From: a bacterium
GTDB lineage: Bacteria > Patescibacteriota > Dojkabacteria > JAKAPS01 > JAJZLI01
Length of the DNA stretch: 64,000 bases
NCBI GenBank assembly: GCA_021846685.1
Contig: JAJZWL010000001.1
Span: forward strand, 387 to 64,386
Reading direction: 5' to 3'
The notes under the pieces are model-generated. The model was not told where the DNA came from. It did not search any database and worked only from the letters and a program-made list of their open reading frames with translations. Positions 9,682 through 19,376 of this stretch are shown here, piece by piece (the stretch's first letter is position 1; every line of letters begins with the position of its first letter). The position numbers were made by a program, and so were the translations under genes.

Positions 9682-10080
9682 TTATTTAAGGATATAGTTT
9701 TTATAACATGACACAGAAGCGCCTACACCATTCCCTTGAACAGTAAAATTAACAACTTCTGGACTACTAGGTTTTTTAAATTTATTTAAATAGTTAATAG
9801 CCTGAGTTCTATAATAAGTACACGGGGTACCAGTTATACTTACAAATAAGCTTTTCCCTATTTCATCTACACTAAATCCAGACAAAGAAACTGGAGAAGA
9901 TTTGGCATAATATTTTTTTACAGAGACATTACTTTTATGGTTAGTCTTTACATTATTATTTTTACTAAAAGAGAGAAACATGCTAAAAAATATTATTGCA
10001 ACAAAGATAATAATAGAAATAATTATATATATAAAATTGTGTTTTACTTTATTTAAATTCATGACGATGTAAAATTGCAA
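9682..10080 (-). CDS. Small N-terminally membrane-anchored extracytoplasmic protein; last gene of the large same-strand block.
   Basis: Single TM helix (IYIIISIIIFVAIIFFSMFL) followed by a soluble domain. Overlaps the upstream gene by 22 nt. Confidence 0.45.
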   Translation of the reverse strand: MQFYIVMNLNKVKHNFIYIIISIIIFVAIIFFSMFLSFSKNNNVKTNHKSNVSVKKYYAKSSPVSLSGFSVDEIGKSLFVSITGTPCTYYRTQAINYLNKFKKPSSPEVVNFTVQGNGVGASVSCYKNYILK

Positions 10081-10856
10081 GTCTGTAAGTATGCTAAGTA
10101 ATAAGCATATACGCTATTTGCATATGCTGTAGCTTGCGGACCTCCTCCATTAGGATCTTCATAATAGATCCCACCACCTCCGTTGTACTTAGTAGAAGCA
10201 TTTAATAATTTTGCTTCTGTCCACTGCTTTATATTTGTAACTCCTACAGAGCTATCAAGATAAATACTTGCCCCAATCATTGAATCAAGAAATATACTCT
10301 GATTAATCCCCAAACTATATATATTGGGGAAATTTGAACTTAGAATGGTTGATACCCCAGAAACGTATCCTGCCCAAGTAGAAGGTTCAAATTGATAAGG
10401 GCCTGGTGATGTTGGATTTGTATCAGGATAATAAATAGATTCTATATTAGAAATTGATCCATGTGCTATCGTTCCATTAAATAAACAATTTGGGCCACTT
10501 TCTTGTCTTTTTTCTGCAGCTAAATATGCAGGAGGGATATTCATTAGTGTCCCTACTGTACTATATACAGATAATAAATTAGTAGACAAATGACAGTACC
10601 CCCCATTTAAACCAGGGGTAAATAAGCTTGAATTGCAAGCTGCACTTGGGGTGAGAGTTCCCGGAGGGATAGTTCCTGCAGATGCATATACTGACCCTCC
10701 CGGATTATTATATTCCGTTAAGGGAACCGCACACCAAGGTTGCACTTCTGATGTTACGGCATAGATATTTTTAGGATGGAGTATGAAAATAGCTACAACT
10801 ATTATAAAAGTTGCGATAAAAATATTTTTTACAGTTTTAATGTCTTTATTTTCCAT
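10059..10856 (-). CDS. Membrane-anchored secreted protein with a possible lytic-transglycosylase (SLT/GH23-like) motif.
   Basis: N-terminal TM helix. QESG...GPYQFEPSTWAGY resembles the SLT E-S ... GLMQ ... TW signature. The call is tentative. Confidence 0.35.
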   Translation of the reverse strand: MENKDIKTVKNIFIATFIIVVAIFILHPKNIYAVTSEVQPWCAVPLTEYNNPGGSVYASAGTIPPGTLTPSAACNSSLFTPGLNGGYCHLSTNLLSVYSTVGTLMNIPPAYLAAEKRQESGPNCLFNGTIAHGSISNIESIYYPDTNPTSPGPYQFEPSTWAGYVSGVSTILSSNFPNIYSLGINQSIFLDSMIGASIYLDSSVGVTNIKQWTEAKLLNASTKYNGGGGIYYEDPNGGGPQATAYANSVYAYYLAYLQTCNFTSS

Positions 10857-11539
10857 TGGTTGTTATATTTTTTAAAAGTTACGCTCATATTCCGAGTATA
10901 CTGGTTTACTCCCCCATTTCCACTATCAAGAGTTAATACGTATTTATATTCTACAATATATTCTTTATTTTGAATATATTTTAATATTTTAATATTTTCT
11001 AAAGAAGGATAAGCTAATAAGAACTTAGTATAATTATTAGCAAGATAGGCTTGCATAGAATTATCATTAGAGTATAAAAATGCAGGAATAGAGTAGAAAT
11101 GCTCAATTAAGTATGCTTTATAGTTAACCAGACTTGATTGATTTTGAGGATAAGGAATATTATATATGTCATAAGAGAGGTAATACCCTAGATATATTGG
11201 GTTATTATAATTTTTCCCTGTATAGTTATTAGGGGATTTCATGAAATATTCTTTATATGAATTTGTATTTTTGTAGTATTTAAAGTATGTAATGCTCCCA
11301 GTAGCTATATTAACATTAGTTGAAAAAATAGTATTGGAAAAACTTTGAGTAGTAAATAATTTCTCACTTGGAATACTCCCAGAGATAGGCCCAATTTTGC
11401 TAAAAGCAATGTTTTTATTTATTGTATTTTGATAGGGTTTTTCCCCAATAAAGAATGACATGATAAAAATCAAAACTATTATTCCTAATATTATAAATCC
11501 ATATTGTTTTAAAAAATTTGTAATTTTAACTAAATCCAT
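10829..11539 (-). CDS. Membrane-anchored hypothetical protein.
   Basis: N-terminal TM helix (GFIILGIIVLIFIMSFFIG) and a Tyr/Asn-rich ectodomain. Confidence 0.4.
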   Translation of the reverse strand: MDLVKITNFLKQYGFIILGIIVLIFIMSFFIGEKPYQNTINKNIAFSKIGPISGSIPSEKLFTTQSFSNTIFSTNVNIATGSITYFKYYKNTNSYKEYFMKSPNNYTGKNYNNPIYLGYYLSYDIYNIPYPQNQSSLVNYKAYLIEHFYSIPAFLYSNDNSMQAYLANNYTKFLLAYPSLENIKILKYIQNKEYIVEYKYVLTLDSGNGGVNQYTRNMSVTFKKYNNQWKIKTLKL

Positions 11540-11550
11540 AATAAAGAATA

Positions 11551-13845
11551 TTAATGTAATTGCCCTCCTGCAGGACGTGCGTAGCCAGCTATACAGTATC
11601 CCGAAGATCCCACAAAACTATATGCTGTTCCTGGATTATAATCATAGCATACAGGAATATTTGTATCAGTAACCACATGAATCCCTTGTTGTGGATCTGA
11701 TGCTTCTATATCTGTATAATTGTTTGTTCCATTCCATGTTTTCACTATTCCTACATGACCTACTCCTGGACCATCTCCCGCTACATAATAATAAATCAGA
11801 TCACCTGGAACTACGTGAGATGCATTATAAAAAATGTGTAAAGAAGAGCTTTGAAATTGAGCAAATGTAGTTCTTCCTATATTATTAAATCCACTAGCCC
11901 TATAAACAGCTTGAGTTAAACCTGAACAATCAATTCCATTTCCTTGCCCACCATAAGGAGTACAACTCACAGGGTTAGTTTCTTGATATTTTCCGCCTAT
12001 AAACTTTTCGGCATCACTAATGATATGGGATGATGAATAATTAGGAGTAGAAGGTTTCGAATTTAGAACCTTTAAACAAGCAGATTGACTAAAACTAGAG
12101 TTTGCACCTCCTGTTCCAGAGCTAGCCCCATTACTTGAAGATCCTTGAGTACATGCAAATGGATTGTAACTTCCTAAGTTAGCAGCTACCACTGGGTCAT
12201 TTGAGGATAAAGCTCCTACATATACTAAATATAACAATAAAGGATCTGGAAACTGTGACCTATCTTTAATATAATACTCCCCTTTTGGCAATGGGGCATT
12301 TGTACCTGAATTACTAGAGGTGGAGGCACTATTTGCAAAATATGGTTGAAATTTATGAATATCTAGATTTTGCTGTATTATTGGAGCATCTCCTAACCAA
12401 GGAAATTCATAATTTGAGTTCACAACAGGAGAACCAGTAGTAGATGATGCTCCTGTAGATAAACATGCGACTGAACTACCACTGGGTGAAACTATACTAG
12501 CAGATACATTTGCATTAATACCGATTCCGTCAAAAAGATTAGCCTCTATTTGTTGAGCACTTTTCCCGTTATATGTCCCATTATTCTGCATTGCAGATAA
12601 TACACCCGAATATAAATAATCAGTATTCGGATTAACATACTCACTCCAAGCTTTAAGATTTGTATGTCCAATAGGAGGCCCTTGATTTAAAGATGCTTCC
12701 ATATACCATTCATCTGCAAGAATCCTATTTAATCCTTGTAAATATAAATTCGGGGAAAAAGTATCTGTGTATGTATTTGGGCAAGATCCTACCTTAGAAT
12801 TACAAGTCTCACTTACATTAATAGAAAAAGAATTACTCTGATTTACAGAAGTAGAACTTGATGTGTCTGTATTATTTTGTTGTTTAGTAGGACAGTAACC
12901 TCCTTTAACACTAGGAGCGCCAATAGCAGAAGAGGAAAAGATATTTGTTATACTAGAAAATATATTACCAAAAAAATTAACTATATCAGTAAGTATACTT
13001 AGCCCTCCATTACTTTGTACATATCCTCCAACAGTATTACTATTAGAGCTAGTTGGGTTATACGGACTTCCATAAGGAGCTAAAAGTTTACAAGTAAGCC
13101 CAGAAGAATTATTTGAAGAAGAAGCACAATTAGATTTTAATGCTTGTGAATTTGAAGTATCAAATTGTTGACTAGGCACACTCCCTACTACGGAATTATT
13201 TGGTAATTGCAGTGGATTATATTGATTATTCAATATAAAAGAACTTCCGAGAGTAAAAAGATCTGCAGCTGTTCCTAATGTAGGCACAGGAAAAAATACA
13301 ACTCCTACTGAAGAGCTTTGAGCAGGAGCCGTAATATTTACAGTCCCAGAAGAATTAGCCGTCTTCAATGAAAATGATCCAGTATTAACATTAAATCCTC
13401 CTAAACCAGAGACTCCTTTTGCAAGGGCACTAAAATTTACATATGGATCTATTCCCATCTTTTCGACCATATAACCAAAAGGTGTGTATGGATTTCCATA
13501 ACCCCCATTAAATGTAGTTCCGTTAGAGTTAATAGAGTTAAAATAATTTAATAACCCAATACCATTAACAGTTACATTAAATGCATAAGTGCCTCTTCCT
13601 TTTAACGTCTCTACCCCATTTGTATCTGAAATAACATGTAAAGGTACAGATACAGAATATTGCGAAGAAGATGTATTGCATGATGTTGCCATGTGGTTAG
13701 GAAAAGAAAAAGGATTTGCCCCTGCATTTCCACAAACATTTAAAGGCTCAGAGGATGCATATAGTTTCCCAGTTCCTAGAAAAAAAACTCCAAGTATCGT
13801 TATAATTAGGAAATATTTAAGATTTTGTTTTGATTTCAGGAACAT
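11551..13845 (-). CDS. Secreted NlpC/P60-family peptidoglycan endopeptidase with a long Ser/Thr/Asn/Gly-rich N-terminal surface region.
   Basis: Signal peptide. The C-terminal domain has the catalytic Cys in GIDCSGLTQAVY and the His in GHVGIV, the spacing and context typical of NlpC/P60. 764 aa. Confidence 0.7.
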   Translation of the reverse strand: MFLKSKQNLKYFLIITILGVFFLGTGKLYASSEPLNVCGNAGANPFSFPNHMATSCNTSSSQYSVSVPLHVISDTNGVETLKGRGTYAFNVTVNGIGLLNYFNSINSNGTTFNGGYGNPYTPFGYMVEKMGIDPYVNFSALAKGVSGLGGFNVNTGSFSLKTANSSGTVNITAPAQSSSVGVVFFPVPTLGTAADLFTLGSSFILNNQYNPLQLPNNSVVGSVPSQQFDTSNSQALKSNCASSSNNSSGLTCKLLAPYGSPYNPTSSNSNTVGGYVQSNGGLSILTDIVNFFGNIFSSITNIFSSSAIGAPSVKGGYCPTKQQNNTDTSSSTSVNQSNSFSINVSETCNSKVGSCPNTYTDTFSPNLYLQGLNRILADEWYMEASLNQGPPIGHTNLKAWSEYVNPNTDYLYSGVLSAMQNNGTYNGKSAQQIEANLFDGIGINANVSASIVSPSGSSVACLSTGASSTTGSPVVNSNYEFPWLGDAPIIQQNLDIHKFQPYFANSASTSSNSGTNAPLPKGEYYIKDRSQFPDPLLLYLVYVGALSSNDPVVAANLGSYNPFACTQGSSSNGASSGTGGANSSFSQSACLKVLNSKPSTPNYSSSHIISDAEKFIGGKYQETNPVSCTPYGGQGNGIDCSGLTQAVYRASGFNNIGRTTFAQFQSSSLHIFYNASHVVPGDLIYYYVAGDGPGVGHVGIVKTWNGTNNYTDIEASDPQQGIHVVTDTNIPVCYDYNPGTAYSFVGSSGYCIAGYARPAGGQLH

Positions 13846-14683
13846 ATATAAATATAGGTAAAGTTGTAGAATTAATTATATCAGCTTTTCCAGAAAGGAT
13901 ATATATAGGAACAATATAGTTATTTTTAAGATCTATAAAATATCCTTGAGATTGAGATGTAAAAGAAATATTATTTATTGCTAAACTTGTATTTATATAT
14001 GAAAAGGACTTACTCAACGTATTTTTATTTAAATTAAAATTTTGAGGATATCCACGCTTCTTATTTATATTAAAAGGATATATAGAGAAACTTACAGGAA
14101 TATTACTGTCTGTAAATATAAATTCATCATAAAACTTTACTCCATCAGGCTTATATATAAAGTTTCCATTTATTGTAGGATAATAATAAAGAACAGTTTT
14201 TCCGTTTAAAAATTTAATGTTTTTGTAAAAATTCACAGTACCTATTTTAAAATCTTGAGAAAGAATAGTATTTGCATATGTATAGATATTTGTTTTTTTA
14301 GCTTTATTTTTGATTGTATAAAAGTAACTACTATTAGAATATATCAAAGAGTTATTTTTTCCTTGCCAAACAAACTGATTATTAGTACTCGATACAGGAG
14401 GAGAGGATATTCCTAAATTTGAAGCTATTTGATATGGTGTTTTATTAAAAGAAAAAGAATAATATGAACTTCTTTCTGAAGGAAGATTTATAGAAAAAGA
14501 CTGGTTTGTATTATTTATATAATCACTTAAAAATGAGATTTTAGGGACAGAAGGCTTAGCAATTTGTGTTTTAACTGACTTAAGAGGGGTATTTTTTTTA
14601 GTAAAATTAGATCTGAAGTTAAAATACAGATATAAAAGTATTAAAAAAATAGAAAATGGTAATAATAATCTTATATATTTCAT
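13817..14683 (-). CDS. Signal-anchored secreted hypothetical protein.
   Basis: N-terminal hydrophobic segment (LLLPFSIFLILLYLYF) and an Asn/Tyr/Ser-rich ectodomain. 5 nt from the giant gene. Confidence 0.4.
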   Translation of the reverse strand: MKYIRLLLPFSIFLILLYLYFNFRSNFTKKNTPLKSVKTQIAKPSVPKISFLSDYINNTNQSFSINLPSERSSYYSFSFNKTPYQIASNLGISSPPVSSTNNQFVWQGKNNSLIYSNSSYFYTIKNKAKKTNIYTYANTILSQDFKIGTVNFYKNIKFLNGKTVLYYYPTINGNFIYKPDGVKFYDEFIFTDSNIPVSFSIYPFNINKKRGYPQNFNLNKNTLSKSFSYINTSLAINNISFTSQSQGYFIDLKNNYIVPIYILSGKADIINSTTLPIFIYVPEIKTKS

Positions 14684-14687
14684 GTTT

Positions 14688-17600
14688 TTATTGTCCTAAA
14701 TATTCTCCTTTATTTAAAATTTCCCCTTTATAAAGGTAAGGATTGGTAGTGTTAATTTTTACAATTCCCGCAGATGTTTTTATAAATACAGTATCTGCTA
14801 AAGAATTTGAGGGATTATTCTGAATATTTACAATTTTTCCAGATGTATATAAAAAGGTTGCAGCATGAGGAGCTCTATGATTAACTACATTAGCAGTATT
14901 ATTATTATTTCCTCCACTAGTAGCTCCAGCCCCCATTAATGACATCATTAATGCCCAGCCTAAAACCATTATAAAAATAGTTCTTAAAAAATCATCAATA
15001 TCAAATTCTCCCTTAAAAAAGAGGGCTATTATTCCTATCAATATATCTAATCCAATAGAGGCAATAGCTGCAGAATGAAAAAACCAACCTGATACAGTTT
15101 GATAGATATTTTTTAAAAAATCACCTATATAATAGAATATTCCATGTTGAAAAAAATATACTAAAAGTGAATTTATGCTCCAAACAGCTGCTCCAACAAC
15201 AACGAATCCTATTCCTCCGGTAATAATCCCTGCTATTCCTGTTATCCCAAAAGCTGCTCCTAATACAAAAGCTCCAATACTTGCCAAAGTGCCCCCTAAT
15301 GCAAATGCAGACATTGTTCCCATAACAAGAGCACTCCAACTTTGAAATGCCGCCATTCCTCCATGTTGAAAAAACAATCCTTCCCAAAAATTAGAAGTTG
15401 TTAATTGAGTATCTAGATATACTAAAAAGGCTGGATCTAAAATTTTTTCACCTACAAACTTAGTAAATCCACCTACTGCCTCAGAGAGTTTACTAGAATC
15501 ACTAATCATTCTATATGTTGCCCAACCGACTCCAGTTCCTACTCCTACAAGAGCACCTCCAATTGGGCCAAAAAGATAACTACCTACAAGATAGCCAAGT
15601 AAACCCGGTGTAAGAGAATCTCCTATGAACTCTGAAGCTTTCCCTATTGTAGCTTTTGATAAAAATGTGTTTAAAGCAGCTGTTTCTGGTTTTATATTCC
15701 CTAATATAGTTAATCCCGTTTTAATTCCTAAATATGCTCCTGTTACTGCAATAAACCCAACAGGAGTAGTAATTCCAAAAATAACTGATAAAACAGCTCC
15801 TCCTATCATTGCAGAATTTAAACTTTTAAATAAGTCTGCAGTAGTAAGATTTAAAGTTTCAGACAAATTTACTTGTGCAGTTACTGCTATTTTCCCTAAA
15901 GAACCCATTCCTGATTGGACTAAAGATTCTCTTATAAGATTTGGTAAATCAATTCCAACAAGACTAGAGTTCAAAAATTCTGAATTGAAGATTGCTTCAA
16001 ATCTTGCAGGATCAGTAAGCAAGAAACTTCTTAAGTTTAAATTTGCTTCAGTTTCTGCATCTAATCCGACTAGATTAGGGAAAATAGTACCTACAGGAAG
16101 ATTTGTATTTGCTAAAAGTTTAAAAAAATCTGATCCTGCAAAACTTGAACTCAGATCAAAACCTTTGAAAATAGAATCATTAAAGCTTTTAATAAAATCA
16201 GAATAACTGGAAGATAAATTTAACCCCCTGTCACTTAAAAATTGACGGAAATCTGTTGTATTTTTAAGACTATCTACTGTAAGCGGATTACTTAAATCTC
16301 CTATACTGCCACCTTTGTCTTCAACAAACTTTATTAACCCTGCTCTCAAAGATTCTGGATTTACAAAACTGGATGCTTCTGGATTTTTTAATACATCAGA
16401 CATTCTATAATAAGAATTCATTTCTTTCGAAACAGCTTTTACTCCAAATTTTGACAAATCTCTTGAATTTACTAAAGATTTATCTATTGCTTTCATATCT
16501 TCCTCAGTAAATCCTGCAATCGATTTTATATCTTCTCTGTAAATTTCCTTTAAAAGATTCTCCATATCTCCTCTTGCATACAGATCAGAAAGAGTTGTAT
16601 CTCTGGATAAATTATCAACAAGAGTGGTATCTAAAAATCGATTTCCTTGGGAGAGAGATTTAAGAAAATCTTCAAATTTCATTTTTTCAGGAATAGTTCC
16701 TAAGTTGGCGGTAGCATCAGTTAAATCCTTACTTCGATATAAAACATCTCTAATATCTGCCCTTGCCCCAAATTTGTCTAAAGCATCTGCCAAATCTTTA
16801 CTCTCCCCAAATTCTTTGAGATAATATGCTTTATCTAGTGCAATTCTATCTAAACTTTCTCTATAAAAAGCACTTGGATCTACACTTCCATAAGTCCTTA
16901 GTAATTCTTGTCTCTCTAATAAGGTATCTGCTCTAATATCTCTAAATTCTTTTGAAATATAATTCAAATCCCAATGATCAATCAAATTAGGGTCATGTAA
17001 ATACTCATACAAACCTTTTTCTCCATAAAATTTATCTAGCATATCTGAGCTATATCCGCTCTCTGCCAATTTATCATAAAGTTGATATCTATCAAGCCCA
17101 GATAAAATTTTAGGATCAAAAACTCCTGGTTCAAATTTTAAATCCACTATGTCGGGGTGAACTATAAACCTAGCCCCTCTTTTTCCAACGATAGTAATTA
17201 TTATACTAGGAACACCTACTGCAATTGCTCCTACTACAGCCCCAATAGGACCAAAAACTGAACCAATCAAAGCCCCCCCTCCTATAAATCCAATTCCAAC
17301 GTGAGAAATATCATATGCAGAAACACCAGAAATATCATGCAAAACAGAATCTTCAAATAAAGAACTTTTAAAGAAATCAGCAATAGAACCACTTACTAGT
17401 CCCACCCCCATAAAACCTAAGAATAAAGGATTCCCCCCAAAAAGAATAAATCCTAAGATCCCAACAATAGCACTTGGCCCTCCAATCTCGAAAAGATATT
17501 CAGATTTAAATAAAAAAGAAGACCTTACAAGATCTGATGCCTCTGTATAGTCTCCAAGAACTTTCCCAACAAAAGATAAATCTACCGCTCTAAAAACAGA

Positions 17601-19367
17601 AGTTACTGCAAATATACCAAGTCCTGTAAACATTAAAGGGATACCACTAATTCCAAAGATTGCAGCAACTATTGTCCCTATAACGGCACTTGTTATTCCA
17701 AAAGTCCCAGTTTTAACTATTAACTCAGGAAGTGATAAAGCCCTGTCTGTCATTGTAGTAGCTATTCTCTGAACCATATTTACTACTAAAGGATTTTGTT
17801 CAGAAAAATATGTGGTAAAGTCTAAAAAGAATTTAGATCCAAAATAAACAGAACCTACAATTACCCCTCCTACAGGAGACGACATAGCTATTCCTGCTAA
17901 CAATCCTGGAATTAAAGCCTCGAATCCATCTTTCAACATCATTTTTGCCACTCCAAAACCAAACCTTACTCCATCAAGAGAAGTTAATAATCTTCCAGCT
18001 AAACCTTCCCCATCAACATTCCTTAATAAGGAATATGTTATTCCTTGTTCATCTCCAACATACTTTGCTACTTCAAATAGAGCTTTATCTACAATACCTC
18101 TTAAAAAAGCAAATACAAAAGCAGGAGCTAAAACTATAAAATCTAAAAATTTTAAAAGATTTTTTCTCTTTCTTTTTGAAGGTCTTTTGGTCGCTTCTAT
18201 ATTTTTTATTCCCCTGAGTCTTTTCGACAATTTCGTATTATTTATTGTGTTTGAAATAAATTGCCTGCGCGTAAATTTACCTGTATTTTGATTTGGAGAT
18301 AATTTATTTAGTTTTTTACCAAAAGCATCTTCATAATTATCTGAAAATCTTTTTTCTCCAGAAAAATTATTACTTAAATCTGCCCATAAAAATCCTGATT
18401 TAAATTTTGAGCGTAAATTTTTTCTTTCAGGATAAATCAATTTTTGAACTTTTCTGTATCCTGTAAGTTTTGCAGAATCAGAAGACCTAACCATTCCTGA
18501 TTTCTTCGAATTAGCTAATGCAGTAAGTAATCCATAATAAGAACGTGAATTCTCTTCAACAAGACGCCTGACAAGAGGATTGTCTCCTTTGGCAAATTCT
18601 GCAGAAATCTTTGCATACTCAGAACTTTTTGAGCTTACAGAAGAAAATACTAGAGTTCTTTCCCAGTTATAGACAACCTTCCAAGAAGATGGTACAGAAA
18701 AAATTTTAGATTTTTTCCTCTTTCTGTGAGCATTGTTATCCATAACAAATTCCCACAAATTGTAATATTTAAAATTTTTATTACGAAGAGGAGCAACACT
18801 TATATCTACACCTTTATGATCTTTTAACAGCTGAACTTTCCCATCAACAGTTATTGGTTTCAAGTTTTCATCAAGAGCATACATATATCCTTTTGTATAT
18901 AGTGTTTGTAATTGTTTTTCTATTGCGGCTATATATATTGGGGCTCTATTTTTTAATGCTCTTTGTAATCCTTCTACTCCTGTTACATATTTTCTTTTTG
19001 AACCACTAACAGATTGTGGGTAAAAAGTTTTTGATATAATTGGGGCTAAAGATTGAGCCAAGAGGTATGCTTCTCTTTCTTTAAATTTTCTTCTATAACT
19101 TGCACTTAAATGTTTTGAAAAATCTCTATTAAGATTCTCTGCTATTGTAAGTTGTATGAATCTTTTAACTTGAGACTCTTTAACAATGGGAGAAAGTTTT
19201 TCTATTAATTTTCTAGGAACAACCCTTGTATCCCTATACTCCTGAACATATTTTGAAAGATTTATTCTATTTAAAGTAAGATCCCTTTTAAGATCAATTA
19301 CTGTGTAATATTGATCTGTGTATAAAGAGGTTATTAAATTTGCTAAGTCCGATAAATCATATTTCAT
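14688..19367 (-). CDS. Giant (1559 aa) polytopic glycine-rich membrane protein of unknown function.
   Basis: Uninterrupted ORF. It has a basic K/R-rich N-terminal region of about 400 aa and two bundles of Gly-rich TM helices (about residues 410-730 and 1090-1500). An acidic Asp/Leu-rich soluble domain of about 350 aa separates the two bundles. No ATPase motifs. Confidence 0.6.
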   Translation of the reverse strand: MKYDLSDLANLITSLYTDQYYTVIDLKRDLTLNRINLSKYVQEYRDTRVVPRKLIEKLSPIVKESQVKRFIQLTIAENLNRDFSKHLSASYRRKFKEREAYLLAQSLAPIISKTFYPQSVSGSKRKYVTGVEGLQRALKNRAPIYIAAIEKQLQTLYTKGYMYALDENLKPITVDGKVQLLKDHKGVDISVAPLRNKNFKYYNLWEFVMDNNAHRKRKKSKIFSVPSSWKVVYNWERTLVFSSVSSKSSEYAKISAEFAKGDNPLVRRLVEENSRSYYGLLTALANSKKSGMVRSSDSAKLTGYRKVQKLIYPERKNLRSKFKSGFLWADLSNNFSGEKRFSDNYEDAFGKKLNKLSPNQNTGKFTRRQFISNTINNTKLSKRLRGIKNIEATKRPSKRKRKNLLKFLDFIVLAPAFVFAFLRGIVDKALFEVAKYVGDEQGITYSLLRNVDGEGLAGRLLTSLDGVRFGFGVAKMMLKDGFEALIPGLLAGIAMSSPVGGVIVGSVYFGSKFFLDFTTYFSEQNPLVVNMVQRIATTMTDRALSLPELIVKTGTFGITSAVIGTIVAAIFGISGIPLMFTGLGIFAVTSVFRAVDLSFVGKVLGDYTEASDLVRSSFLFKSEYLFEIGGPSAIVGILGFILFGGNPLFLGFMGVGLVSGSIADFFKSSLFEDSVLHDISGVSAYDISHVGIGFIGGGALIGSVFGPIGAVVGAIAVGVPSIIITIVGKRGARFIVHPDIVDLKFEPGVFDPKILSGLDRYQLYDKLAESGYSSDMLDKFYGEKGLYEYLHDPNLIDHWDLNYISKEFRDIRADTLLERQELLRTYGSVDPSAFYRESLDRIALDKAYYLKEFGESKDLADALDKFGARADIRDVLYRSKDLTDATANLGTIPEKMKFEDFLKSLSQGNRFLDTTLVDNLSRDTTLSDLYARGDMENLLKEIYREDIKSIAGFTEEDMKAIDKSLVNSRDLSKFGVKAVSKEMNSYYRMSDVLKNPEASSFVNPESLRAGLIKFVEDKGGSIGDLSNPLTVDSLKNTTDFRQFLSDRGLNLSSSYSDFIKSFNDSIFKGFDLSSSFAGSDFFKLLANTNLPVGTIFPNLVGLDAETEANLNLRSFLLTDPARFEAIFNSEFLNSSLVGIDLPNLIRESLVQSGMGSLGKIAVTAQVNLSETLNLTTADLFKSLNSAMIGGAVLSVIFGITTPVGFIAVTGAYLGIKTGLTILGNIKPETAALNTFLSKATIGKASEFIGDSLTPGLLGYLVGSYLFGPIGGALVGVGTGVGWATYRMISDSSKLSEAVGGFTKFVGEKILDPAFLVYLDTQLTTSNFWEGLFFQHGGMAAFQSWSALVMGTMSAFALGGTLASIGAFVLGAAFGITGIAGIITGGIGFVVVGAAVWSINSLLVYFFQHGIFYYIGDFLKNIYQTVSGWFFHSAAIASIGLDILIGIIALFFKGEFDIDDFLRTIFIMVLGWALMMSLMGAGATSGGNNNNTANVVNHRAPHAATFLYTSGKIVNIQNNPSNSLADTVFIKTSAGIVKINTTNPYLYKGEILNKGEYLGQ

Positions 19368-19376
19368 ATTTTATAT

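Noticed and set aside
15625-16206. 193-aa plus-strand ORF inside the giant minus-strand gene (the ORFs at 15121-15387, 16624-16824 and 17945-18139 are similar).
   Set aside because: They are antisense to a long, well-supported coding frame, and low-complexity composition mirrors the Gly/Ala-rich opposite strand. They are spurious shadow ORFs.
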